A stretch of 64,000 bases of DNA from positions 896,001-960,000 of the forward strand of contig CAVQQD010000002.1 of assembly GCA_963714975.1 (NCBI GenBank), given 5' to 3'. The position numbers and the translations under genes are program-made. This document shows positions 20,562-30,368 of this stretch, piece by piece. This DNA is from an uncultured Gammaproteobacteria bacterium. Lineage in GTDB: Bacteria; Pseudomonadota; Gammaproteobacteria; JAURND01. Under the pieces are notes generated by a model. The model saw only the letters and a list, made by a program, of their open reading frames with translations, made no database searches and was not told the origin of the DNA. Position 1 is the first letter of the stretch. Every line of letters begins with the position of its first letter.

Positions 20562-20831
20562 GTGATACGCAGAAAAATAGTTATTAATAATAAATTAGGG
20601 TTACATGCACGTGCTGCTGCTAAATTAGTGCATTTATCGAGTCGTTTTGCTAGCGACATTCATCTTCTTAAAGATAACCAAGTGGTCAATGGCAAAAGTA
20701 TTATGGGTGTTATGATGCTTGCAGCCAGCAAAGGCATGGAGCTAGAACTGATGGTTTCTGGAGAAGATGAAATTGCTGCTATCGAAGCTCTAGAAAGGCT
20801 TATTCAGGAACGTTTTGGGGAAGAGGAATAG
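20562..20831 (+). CDS. HPr-family phosphocarrier protein
   Basis: LGLHARAA (His15), GKSIMG (Ser46). Likely GTG start at 20562. Confidence 0.93.
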   Translation: MIRRKIVINNKLGLHARAAAKLVHLSSRFASDIHLLKDNQVVNGKSIMGVMMLAASKGMELELMVSGEDEIAAIEALERLIQERFGEEE

Positions 20832-20839
20832 AATCGCGC

Positions 20840-22138
20840 TTAGTCCAACAAAAATCCTTTATAATCGCCGGTTAATTTATCTAAACTTAATCGATTTAAA
20901 AATAAAGAATAAGTCATCCAGGCGGTTAACGCCGCTAAATCTTTAAATTGCGGTGGCAAATGTTTAGGAGGTAAAACGATTCCTTCCTCAATTAAATCTG
21001 ACAAGATATGTAAATCTTCCAGGGTAGTTTTTCCTACAAACAATAGCGGGATTTGTTTTTGCAACCCCTTTTTAATTGCCAAACGAATGTAATTATAAAT
21101 GAGAACAAAACCCTTACTATAGGCTAAATCTTTAGTAAATGGTCCTTGATTAGGTAAGCTTCCGCGAAATATGCGTAAAGCGCCATTATAGGATTCTTCT
21201 TCACGAAAACCTAATTCTCGATAAAAATTAAAAATATCCAAAAAATTAGCACCCTGCTCAACCATATCAATAGACGTCACCCTTTGGGTTAAGCGCTTAA
21301 CGCGTTGCGGATAGGAAGAAAAAGTAAAAATCTCCATGATAATCGCCAAGCCTTCCTGATTAATCGTCGAAGAAGGTGGGCCTTTGCTGAGAAAAGTGCA
21401 AATTGGCTGAGCCAAACCATTCAAAGTGGTGCCGACGTGGACCCAACCTTCGTGTACTTCGAAAACCCGAATCTCACGCTCACTAAACATAGCATCTTTG
21501 CGTAAACGAATGGATTCAGCTCCTGCAGCTGCATCAGCCAAAATTTCATCGCTGATGGTGACACGTAATTGGGCGCCTTCATCATGGAAATAACGCGCTA
21601 GACGCTCATTAAGAATGCGAACTGCTTCTTCACTAGTAAAACGTTTTTCGTCCAAGATATCAGGATCGTGAGGCTTAATCTTGGATAATGTCGCACTTAC
21701 TAACTCTGCAAGATCACGTAGTGTGGGAGCTCCGGCATAAAAGGCGTCCTGTGCGCTTCCATATAGTTCTTGAGAAATCTTGGAAAATTCCGCTTGTCCC
21801 CGCGCCTCTAGTAATCGTACGACTTCACGATACTCACGACAAATTCGCAGCATGATATTGGCAACTCCACTAAATTGCCCAAGATATTTACGAATATCGC
21901 GTTCGATGGCATAAAATTCTTCTTTTTTTTTCTCAGGGTCAAAAGGCAAAGGATTTTTTTGATACATTTCACGAGAGACTTCAGGTAGTTCCTTGTGTTT
22001 TTTCTCAAAAAATCTCCGCTGAACTTCAACAGGCCACTTGAGGGTATTTAAGATCCGAATAGGTTTTTGCGCTTCCACTATGCGTTCTGACAAGGTATGT
22101 AACGTCTGCTGATAAGGCGTTAAATTTTTTAACTGCAT
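20840..22138 (-). CDS. Flavohemoglobin expression-modulating QEGLA motif protein (DUF1704; gluzincin-like)
   Basis: HEGWVH, QEGLA, FTKDLAY motifs. Confidence 0.85.
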   Translation of the reverse strand: MQLKNLTPYQQTLHTLSERIVEAQKPIRILNTLKWPVEVQRRFFEKKHKELPEVSREMYQKNPLPFDPEKKKEEFYAIERDIRKYLGQFSGVANIMLRICREYREVVRLLEARGQAEFSKISQELYGSAQDAFYAGAPTLRDLAELVSATLSKIKPHDPDILDEKRFTSEEAVRILNERLARYFHDEGAQLRVTISDEILADAAAGAESIRLRKDAMFSEREIRVFEVHEGWVHVGTTLNGLAQPICTFLSKGPPSSTINQEGLAIIMEIFTFSSYPQRVKRLTQRVTSIDMVEQGANFLDIFNFYRELGFREEESYNGALRIFRGSLPNQGPFTKDLAYSKGFVLIYNYIRLAIKKGLQKQIPLLFVGKTTLEDLHILSDLIEEGIVLPPKHLPPQFKDLAALTAWMTYSLFLNRLSLDKLTGDYKGFLLD

Positions 22139-22240
22139 TGGGCTACTCCAATTTCTTTCAGTATAGCACGCAGTTCTTTTCTTGCGACAAACAAACCGCT
22201 ACACTTTGTGGGTACGTGGGGAAAATACAAGGAAGATCCT

Positions 22241-23611
22241 ATGAGCATTCAAACTATCAATCCTGCCACTGGCCAGGTAATCGAGTCTTACCGCACATTT
22301 CCTAGGCAAGAGGCGCTTGCTATTCTGGAACAAAGCCATCAAGCCCAGCAAGAGTGGCGCAATCAGTCTTTTCAGCAACGTGCAGATAAGCTGCGCGAAA
22401 TGGCGCAATTTTTACGCGCTCGCAAAACCCTTTATGCTGAATTAATTAGCAGAGAAATGGGAAAACCCATTACGGCGGCCAGCAAAGAGGTTGAAAAATG
22501 CGCGTGGGTATGTGACTTCTATGCAGATTCAGCAGAGCAATTTTTAGCGCCCCGCTTAGTTGCTACGGAAATGCATAAGAGCTATGTCATGTACCAACCC
22601 TTAGGGGTCATTTTTGCCATCATGCCCTGGAATTTTCCTTTCTGGCAGGTATTTCGTTTTGCTGCGGCTAATCTAATGGCTGGCAATACCATCGTGTTAA
22701 AACATGCCGATATTTCAACTGGCGCAGGTCTAGCCATCGAGGAATTATGCAAAGATGTGGAACTACCGGCTGATGTGTTTCGCACTTTAGTCATTACTCA
22801 TGACGTTGCGGCTGAAGTTATCCGCCACCCGCTAGTACGAGGTGTGACTCTCACTGGTAGTGTCCAAGCTGGTGCGATTGTGGGGTGTGAAGCAGCCAAA
22901 GCAACGAAAAAAGTAGTATTAGAGCTTGGTGGCAGTGACCCTTATCTCGTGTTCAGTGATGCCGATTTAGATCAGGCAGCAGAAGCTTGCGTACTCTCCA
23001 GGCTCAGTAATTCTGGGCAAGTTTGTCTTGCAGCGAAACGTATTATTATTGTAGAGGCTGTTTATGAAGAATTTGAACAGTTGGTCTTAGAAAAGTTAAC
23101 CCAGTTTAAAATGGGTAGGCCTTTAGATCCTGAAACTAATTTAGGACCATTAGCACGAGCGGATTTACGCGAAAAAGTTCAGCAACAGGTCCAAGCCTGC
23201 CTTGCCCAAGGGGCTAGTTTATTACACGGGGGAGAAATCCCCGCCGGCCCGGGATTTTACTATCCTCCTACCGTATTAACTCATATTAAACCCGGGATGC
23301 CCGCTTGGAATGAGGAAATATTTGGTCCGGTAATTGCACTTATTAAGGCCGCTGATGAAGACGAAGCTGTGAACATCGCCAACAGTACTGCTTTTGGTTT
23401 GGCAGCCGCTCTTTTTACCCGCAATATCGAACATGGCGAGCAAATTGCCTGCAATAAAATCCAAGCCGGGACCTGTTATATTAATCAATTAGTTTCCTCT
23501 GACCCACGTCTACCCTTTGGTGGCATTAAAAATTCAGGATATGGACGGGAGCTTGGTGAGGAAGGAATCCGAGAATTTATGAATATCAAAACGATTGGAA
23601 TCAGTGTGTAG
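22241..23611 (+). CDS. NAD(P)-dependent succinate-semialdehyde dehydrogenase
   Basis: INPATG, MPWNFP, LTGS, LELGGSDP, GQVC, EEIFGP, PFGGIKNSGYGRE. Confidence 0.9.
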   Translation: MSIQTINPATGQVIESYRTFPRQEALAILEQSHQAQQEWRNQSFQQRADKLREMAQFLRARKTLYAELISREMGKPITAASKEVEKCAWVCDFYADSAEQFLAPRLVATEMHKSYVMYQPLGVIFAIMPWNFPFWQVFRFAAANLMAGNTIVLKHADISTGAGLAIEELCKDVELPADVFRTLVITHDVAAEVIRHPLVRGVTLTGSVQAGAIVGCEAAKATKKVVLELGGSDPYLVFSDADLDQAAEACVLSRLSNSGQVCLAAKRIIIVEAVYEEFEQLVLEKLTQFKMGRPLDPETNLGPLARADLREKVQQQVQACLAQGASLLHGGEIPAGPGFYYPPTVLTHIKPGMPAWNEEIFGPVIALIKAADEDEAVNIANSTAFGLAAALFTRNIEHGEQIACNKIQAGTCYINQLVSSDPRLPFGGIKNSGYGRELGEEGIREFMNIKTIGISV

Positions 23612-23621
23612 TGGAGGAAAT

Positions 23622-24197
23622 ATGGAAGCAGCTTTCAACCCAGGGGATTTGTTACTGATCGTAGATCCACAAATTGATTTTATGCCACAAGGAGCCTTAG
23701 CGGTTCCTCATGGCGATAGGATCATTCCAGTCGTGAATGAGTGGATTAAAGCCGCACAAAAAGCCCATATTCCCATCGCTATTTCACGCGATTGGCATCC
23801 AACCAATCATATTAGTTTTCAACCCCAAGGCGGCCCTTGGCCAGTACACTGCGTGCGCGACACCCCGGGTGCGGCCTTTCATCCTGATCTGTTAATTCCC
23901 CCGAATACCATCATCATCGACAAGGCTATTCTCGCTAATCAAGAGGCCTACTCGGCTTTTGAAGGAATTATTCATGATACTGGCATGGCCATGCCAGAAA
24001 AATTGCGCCAGCTTGGAATTCAGCGGGTCTGGATCGCAGGCTTAACCCTGGATTACTGCGTTTATCATAGCGCTGAAAGCGCACATCAATTAGGGTTTGA
24101 ATTCAACGTCATACTCGATGGCTGTCGCGCTATTGATCCAAAAAACACCCCTCACCTCATCGAAAAGTTTCAACAGTGGGGAGTGACTTTAATATAA
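23622..24197 (+). CDS. pncA: Nicotinamidase/pyrazinamidase
   Basis: IVDPQIDF, DWHP..HISF, WPVHC, YSAF, GLTLDYCV. Confidence 0.9.
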   Translation: MEAAFNPGDLLLIVDPQIDFMPQGALAVPHGDRIIPVVNEWIKAAQKAHIPIAISRDWHPTNHISFQPQGGPWPVHCVRDTPGAAFHPDLLIPPNTIIIDKAILANQEAYSAFEGIIHDTGMAMPEKLRQLGIQRVWIAGLTLDYCVYHSAESAHQLGFEFNVILDGCRAIDPKNTPHLIEKFQQWGVTLI

Positions 24198-24223
24198 ACT
24201 TCAGCAATAATAGCTACCTTGCA

Positions 24224-24298
24224 GGGCGATTAGCTCAGCGGGAGAGCACTGCCTTCACACGGCAGGGGTCAGTGGTTCGATCCCACTATCGCCCACCA
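24224..24298 (+). tRNA. tRNA-Val(CAC)
   Basis: GGGCGAT/ATCGCCC acceptor with ACCA end, anticodon arm CTGCC-TTCACAC-GGCAG, GGTTCGATCC T-arm. Confidence 0.95.
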
Positions 24299-24344
24299 AT
24301 TTGTCCCTGGGCTCATGCCCAGGGCTAGCAGGAAAACAGATATC

Positions 24345-25371
24345 ATGCGCGTTTTAATAGTAAAACTCACGTCGATGGGTGATTTAATTCAGGCCTTGCC
24401 CGCTTTAACAGATGCTGCTAACGCAATTCCAGAGATTGAATTTGATTGGGTCGTCGATGAAGCTTTTGCAGAGCTTCCCTTACTTCATCCTAATGTAAAA
24501 AACGTCATTAAAAGCGCTCATCGTCGCTGGCGCAAGTCCAAATGGCATACACTGAAAAGTGGTGAGTTATGGCGTTTTTTCAAGGAATTACGCTTAAATC
24601 GTTATGATCTGGTCATCGATGCGCAAAATAACCTCAAAAGTGCCTGCGTAACGCGTTTGGCACGGGGCACGCGCTGTGGAATGGATAAAGCCAGCGTACG
24701 AGAACGAGGTGCACATCTCGCCTATCAAAAGACCTTCGCCATTCCAGGAAACAGAGAGCAACATGCCATTACCCGTATCCGTTCCTTATTTTCTGCAGTA
24801 CTGGGCTATCCCCTACCCCAAACGCCTCCTGAGCATAATATAGATCTATTCTAAAATTCCTAACTTGAATTTAAATTTGCCGCAACCTTATTTAGTATTT
24901 ACTCATAGCACTACCTGGAGCAATAAACACTGGCCTGAACGCTATTGGAAAGAACTAATTACTTTAGCTGTTCAGGCAGGATACCACGTAGTGCTCCCCT
25001 GGGGAGGGCAACATGAACTGGAACGATCAGAACGTCTGGCAGAGAATACTGGGAAAGTCATTGTGTTACCCCGGCTGCGCATTACAGAACAAGCGCGAGT
25101 CATGCTTGATGCTGCCGCTGTGTTTACCCTCGACACCGGGCTTGGCCACCTGGCCGCAGGAATTAATGCCACTGGCATTCACCTTTACGGCCCTACGGAT
25201 AGCAATTTATTAGGGGTCTTCACTTCCAAGCAACGCTATTTGGCAGCTGAATATCCTTGTGCCCCTTGCTACTTACGCCAATGTAAGTTTGGGCCCGAAG
25301 CTGAATGCTTGGTTAGACAACTGCCCCCTGCTGTTGTATGGCAAAGTTATCAAGCATTAGTCAGCGGCTAA
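24345..25371 (+). pseudogene. waaC: Lipopolysaccharide heptosyltransferase I, split by one frameshift near 24845-24855 (possibly a sequencing error)
   Basis: ORF1 MRVLIVKLTSMGD..LPALTD; ORF2 KHWP, DTGLGHLA, LYGPT. Removing one base restores a continuous GT9 frame. Confidence 0.8.
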
Positions 25372-25468
25372 AACCCTCTTTTTCCTGCAGAATATGCCCC
25401 ATCGCGTGCTCAGGATGGTGTCCAGGGTTTAGTATTTATTTCGTTAATTCCCTAGGTGTCCTCTCTGA

Positions 25469-25489
25469 AATTTAGTCTTTAACTAAATT
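25469..25489. promoter_or_regulatory. Palindromic operator upstream of the CI-like gene
   Basis: AATTTAGT-cttta-ACTAAATT. Near match at 32726-32746. Confidence 0.55.
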
Positions 25490-25556
25490 ATTTTACGCAA
25501 GATGTAGCTTTTTTTGTATTTACTAGTTCCTAAAATCCTTATTTAATGTTAGGATT

Positions 25557-26252
25557 ATGGAAAACAAGCAAATAAGACTAATCAACTTGCGAAAGCTACT
25601 TAAAGAGGCTAAATCAGCAGCCTCTTTGGCTACTGCCGCCAATACAAGTCCGGCTTATTTAAGTCAAATTTTGAGCCAAAAGACCAAAGGGAAAATTGGC
25701 GATAAGCTTGCTAGAAAATTGGAAGAGGCTCTTGGTAAGCCAAAGGGTTGGTTGGATTCTTTACATGAAAATGAAGAGGTGCATCCATCTACTAGTAAAA
25801 TTATTCCTATCATTGAAATAGATAAGGTTGTGCAATGGTGTGGAGAGAGAAAAGGGATAGTAAAAAAAGCAATGAACCCCACTGCCATAACTCATGAAAA
25901 GGAAAATAAAGATATTTTCTGCATCGAAATGCAAGGCGATGCCATGATTTCAGCGCTAAACATTGCCTCCAGTATCTGCCCAGGCGACAAGGTGATCATT
26001 GATGCTAAAATTGAGGCCACTTCAGGCGATATTGTATTAGTCAAAATAAATGATTCCATAAAAATAAGGCAATTGGCTAAGGATGGTAACGAGCTCATCC
26101 TACAACCCTTTAATCCGCAATATCCCATTATCCCTTTTACTGATGATATCGAAGTCTTAGGCGTGGTTGCAGAAATTCGCAGGTTTATGCATAAAAGTAA
26201 ACGCGCTCACCCTGTTACTCACGCTTCCAGTTGCGAGCCCCTTTCCCCATAA
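25557..26252 (+). CDS. CI/LexA-like repressor (HTH plus degenerate peptidase S24)
   Basis: RLINLRKL..SPAYLSQI..IGDKLARKLE..LGKPKGWLD HTH, and S24 fold (PGD.VI.D, GDIV, L.P.NPQY). Confidence 0.85.
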   Translation: MENKQIRLINLRKLLKEAKSAASLATAANTSPAYLSQILSQKTKGKIGDKLARKLEEALGKPKGWLDSLHENEEVHPSTSKIIPIIEIDKVVQWCGERKGIVKKAMNPTAITHEKENKDIFCIEMQGDAMISALNIASSICPGDKVIIDAKIEATSGDIVLVKINDSIKIRQLAKDGNELILQPFNPQYPIIPFTDDIEVLGVVAEIRRFMHKSKRAHPVTHASSCEPLSP

Positions 26253-26324
26253 TCCCCAAACTCTGCCTCATATCCCCTGCTATAATTACTGTAGGAGAAG
26301 CTTCAATGGATAGGAGGGTGTTTT

Positions 26325-27529
26325 ATGAAAATTTGGTCTTTAAAAGCCTTATCATTAGCGTTGGCGATGGTAGGAGGTTTGGTGGCAATACCTGGGTTGG
26401 CAAGTGCCCAGTACGTGGGGTATTATCCACCCTATCCACTGGATGCACCTTATAACTATTGTAATTATTATCCTAATAATTCTTATAATTACTATTACAA
26501 TGAAAATTGCTATTATCCTTATGCTTATTTAAATTTCTATACTCCAAGCATATATTTTTTCCGTTTGCTTTTATTAATGTAGAAACTCAAGAAGAAGAAA
26601 ATATGAATAATTTCTATTACCACCCTTATTATCCCAATAATCATCCATACTATCACCCCTATTATCCGGGGGTATCATCCCTATTATCCCGGGGGTATCA
26701 GCCATATTATCCAGGCTATCACCCTTATTATCCAGGGTATAATCCTTATCACCCGTATTATAATAACACGTACCCTAACTCTCATTATAACAATCAAGGT
26801 CCTGAAGGAATGCATAATGGAATGGGTCAACCGGGGATGGGTCAACCTGGAATGGGTGGACCGGGAGCTCCACCTGCTAATGTAGGAGGAGGTCCGCCGC
26901 ATGGGACTCCTCCGGGCGGTCCTGGCGCCCCCCCAGGTGGTCCTCCTGGCGGTCTTCCCGGAGCTAATCCGCATGGCGGTCCTCCCGGTGGTCCTTCTGG
27001 AGCTACTCAGCATGGTAGCCCTCCTGGAACTGCCCCACAGGGGACTCCTCCTGGTGGTCCTGGAGCTGCTCAACATGGAGCTCCTCCTGCAACTACCCAT
27101 CAGGCGCCTCAAGGAATGCATAATGCTACGCCTCCAGCACATCATAATGGTGGCGCTCCTCCGGCTGCTCCTTTTCACAGGGAAAATATGGGTGGATTCG
27201 GGCATGGCAGGGAAGGTGCATTCCGTCCTGAAGATGGCTTTCATCCTCAAGGGGGCTTCCATGGGGGTGTGGGTGGTGGTCATAGAATAAGCTTTCCGAG
27301 TCAGCATAATATAAGTCCAATGCCTGGCCGAGCTCCGATGGCGCAACCAATGAATCCACAATCTTCATTCCAAGGGGTAAGCCATGGCATGAGTCCATTT
27401 GCGGCCCCGTCTATGCCTATGGGTGGCCATGAGGGTGGCTTTATGGGCAGTCCCGGTAGCGGCGGTGGTGGCTTCCACGGAGGTTTTGGTGGAAGCTTCC
27501 ATGGCGGGGGGGGTGGTGGACGACGCTAA
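26325..27529 (+). CDS. Secreted Tyr/Pro- and Gly/Pro/His-rich low-complexity protein, apparently split by a T-run frameshift at ~26555-26560
   Basis: GGAGG RBS and signal peptide in ORF 26325. ORF 26507-27529 continues with PYYPGY repeats and GPPGG repeats. One extra T joins the frames. Confidence 0.6.
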
Positions 27530-28723
27530 AAACCCTCGTAGTCCTATTTATTCGGTCTCGCAATTGAATAAAGAGGTGCGAATACTATTAGAAAATCAAT
27601 TTGCACCTCTTTCGGATCGAGGGTGAAATTTCCAACTTCAAAAAATTAAGTTCCGGGCATAGTTATTTTTCACTAAAAGATGCCTTTGCGCAGATTCGTT
27701 GTGCCATGTTTAAAAGTCGCCTCAATGGTATAGCCTTTCAACCCAAAGATGGAATGCATGTAGTACTCCAGGCCCGGGTAGGTTTGTATGAAGAACGAGG
27801 CGATTTTCAATTGATCGTCGATTATATGGAAGAAACCGGCGATGGGGCCTTACGTCGGGCTTTTGAGCTGTTGAAAAAACGCTTAGCAGAAGAAGGCTTA
27901 TTTGCTGCGATGCATAAAAAGGCCTTACCAAAGTTGCCTCGTTGCATTGGAGTGATTACTTCACCCACTGGAGCTGCCATTCGCGATATTTTAAGTGTAC
28001 TAAAACGACGCTTTCCAAGTATCCCAGTGATCATTTATCCCACCCAAGTACAGGGCGCAGAAGCAGCGAGGCAAATTTCTAGTGCTTTGGCACTCGCCAA
28101 TCAACGGCTTGAGTGTGATATTTTGATCTTAGCTCGAGGTGGTGGATCACTTGAAGATTTATGGCCATTTAATGAAGAAGTGGTAGCGCGTGCTATTTAT
28201 CAGAGTTCCATCCCTATTGTCAGTGGGGTTGGTCATGAAATTGATGTTAGCATTGCTGATTTCGTAGCAGACCACCGTGCTGCAACCCCTTCAGCAGCCG
28301 CAGAGTTAGTTAGCCCTAATGCTAATGAATGGCATGACAATTTGCAGCGCACGCAAATGCGCTTAACCATCACCATGCGCAACCAATTAAGCCATATTAA
28401 TCTAGTGGTTGCGAGCCTAGCCAAGCGCCTTCCCCATCCGCAACGTCGTTTGCAAGATTTAGCCCAACATATTGATCGATTAGAACAGCAATTACTGCTA
28501 GCTAACAGACATCTGCTACGGCATTGTGCAGCAAAAACTTGAGCAATTAGCGCGTGCTTTGGATAATGTTAGTCCCTTGCGTATCTTGGGTCGTGGCTAC
28601 GCCATTATGATGAAGGGCGATAAGATTATCCATTCCGTGGATCAAGTCATAGAGGGTGACAATGTCTTAGTGCAACTAGCTACTGGCAAATTAGCCTGCG
28701 AAGTAGAAAAGAAATTGGACTGA
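27516..28723 (+). pseudogene. xseA: Exodeoxyribonuclease VII large subunit, two frameshifts (~27615 and ~28538), possibly sequencing errors
   Basis: YSVSQLN..V..LLE / IEGEISNF, GHSYFSLKD, ITSPTGAA, RGGGSLEDLW, VGHEID / SPLRIL.RGYAI distributed over three ORF segments. Confidence 0.88.
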
Positions 28724-28755
28724 TAGAGACAATGTGCTATCCTACGCAGCCTTGC

Positions 28756-28846
28756 GGAGAGGTGTCCGAGCGGTCGAAGGAGCACGACTGGAAATCGTGT
28801 ATACGGTAACCCCGTATCGAGGGTTCGAATCCCTCCCTCTCCGCCA
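28756..28846 (+). tRNA. tRNA-Ser(GGA)
   Basis: GGAGAGG/CCTCTCC-GCCA acceptor, CACGA-CTGGAAA-TCGTG anticodon arm, long variable arm. Confidence 0.97.
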
Positions 28847-29392
28847 TAGAATCCAGAAGCACGAATTGTAGATAGCTTTTATTCTCCAAGAAATCATGAG
28901 AACCCGAGATAAAAATATTACAACACGGGTTCGACAAAACGGCAGGATTGCCGTTTTGAACAGCTTGCTGCCCGCAGGGTGAGCACCAGGGAAGGTGCGA
29001 ATTAATCCCTCCCTCTCCGCCATAGAATCCAGAAGCACGAATTGTAGATAGCTTTTATTCTCCAAGAAATCATGAGAACCCGAGATAAAAATATTACAAC
29101 ACGGGTTCGACAAAACGGCAGGATTGCCGTTTTGAACAGCTTGCTGCCCGCAGGGTGAGCACCAGGGAAGGTGCGAATTAATCCCTCTCTCTCCGCCATA
29201 GAGTCAAAAAGCACGCACTGTAGATAGTTTTTATTTTCCAAGAAAAATGAGAACCCGAGATAAAAATATTATAACAAGGGTTCGACAAAACGGCAGGATT
29301 GCCGTTTTGAACAGCTTGCTGCCCGCAGGGTGAGCACCAGGGAAGGTGCGAATTAATCCCTCTCTCTCCGCCATAGAGTCAAAAAGCACGCA
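28847..29392 (+). repeat. Three tandem 175-176-bp rtT-like repeats, each ending in the tRNA-Ser 3' end
   Basis: Units end at 29022, 29198 and 29373 with AATCCCTC(C/T)CTCTCCGCCA. A partial fourth unit runs to ~29392. Confidence 0.92.
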
Positions 29393-29468
29393 TTTTACCG
29401 TATGCTTTGCCACATTCATGAGATCCCTCGCTTCGCTCGGGATGACACCTGGGGAGTTACGCAGATTT

Positions 29469-30341
29469 CTACAAAGTCAGCCCCAGATTAGCAATCACTA
29501 GATAAGTGCTCCTGGTTTGATTGCCAAATAAATGCTGGGCAACGGCTGACCCAACTCCTAATTGCAAAATCAAATGCTGGCTGGATACCCAAAGAGAGGG
29601 CGTCAAATAAATGATATTTCCTCCTGAGTTAGGATCAGTAGCACCGTTAATTACATTTTTTTGGCTGTATTGGCCATCTAGCTCCACCAGCCAGGCGACA
29701 ATGTACTTAGATTTTACCGCAGCAATATCACGACCCAAACCCAATTGATATAAATACGCATTGCCAAAAGTAGTGCCATCACGCGTTGTGGGCACAACCG
29801 CACCATAAGAAGTAAAAGCAAACCAATGAACATAGGTACGATTAAGCGTAGTACCTACGAAAAAGCTTGGTGCACCAAAACCCGTTGGAGGTTTCTTGGT
29901 ACTAGATCCAGTAGGAAAGGTAATATTGGTAACGAGAGTAGCCTGGTCTTCATAATTTGTTTTAATTTTATTATAAAAGACATATTCCAGCTGCAATGCA
30001 ATATCTTCGAAACCTGCAGAATGGTTTTGGGTTTGGGCAAAGCTAGCGGCAACGGGAATATTTAAAAATAATGAGAGGTCATCGCTAATTCCGTACAAAA
30101 TGCCAGAAACCACATCAACAGTATGTTTATCGATGCCTATAAAATCATCAGGTGCCACAAAAAACTGTAGTTGGTTTTGATCGAGAACATTTTGGCCAAA
30201 ACCAACCAAGGGACCAGGTCGTTGCGAGACGGGTAACACAAAATTACCCACTTCAGGATGCTGCTCTTCGATATCTTCTGCATAGACTACTGTGGATACT
30301 CCAAGGAGTACCCACATTACGAAGGAAACTATAATGCGCAA
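29469..30341 (-). CDS. Hypothetical exported protein, probable outer-membrane beta-barrel/transporter-like
   Basis: Signal peptide, GFEDI..QLEY, FPTG motif, alternating beta-strand pattern, ends LGLTL. Confidence 0.65.
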   Translation of the reverse strand: MRIIVSFVMWVLLGVSTVVYAEDIEEQHPEVGNFVLPVSQRPGPLVGFGQNVLDQNQLQFFVAPDDFIGIDKHTVDVVSGILYGISDDLSLFLNIPVAASFAQTQNHSAGFEDIALQLEYVFYNKIKTNYEDQATLVTNITFPTGSSTKKPPTGFGAPSFFVGTTLNRTYVHWFAFTSYGAVVPTTRDGTTFGNAYLYQLGLGRDIAAVKSKYIVAWLVELDGQYSQKNVINGATDPNSGGNIIYLTPSLWVSSQHLILQLGVGSAVAQHLFGNQTRSTYLVIANLGLTL

Positions 30342-30368
30342 ATAAAATCCTTTTCGAGACTTCTTCCG

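Noticed and set aside
26684-27398. Alternative-frame ORFs over the Gly/Pro-rich gene
   Set aside because: Expected stop-free shadows of GC-rich low-complexity codons.
27600-28545. Programmed ribosomal frameshifting in xseA
   Set aside because: Two separate shifts, no canonical slippery heptamer or stimulator, and neighbouring genes show similar indels.
28847-29392. Possible CRISPR array
   Set aside because: Units are ~176 bp and near-identical throughout, with no unique spacers and no cas genes. The ORFs on the minus strand here are repeat artefacts.
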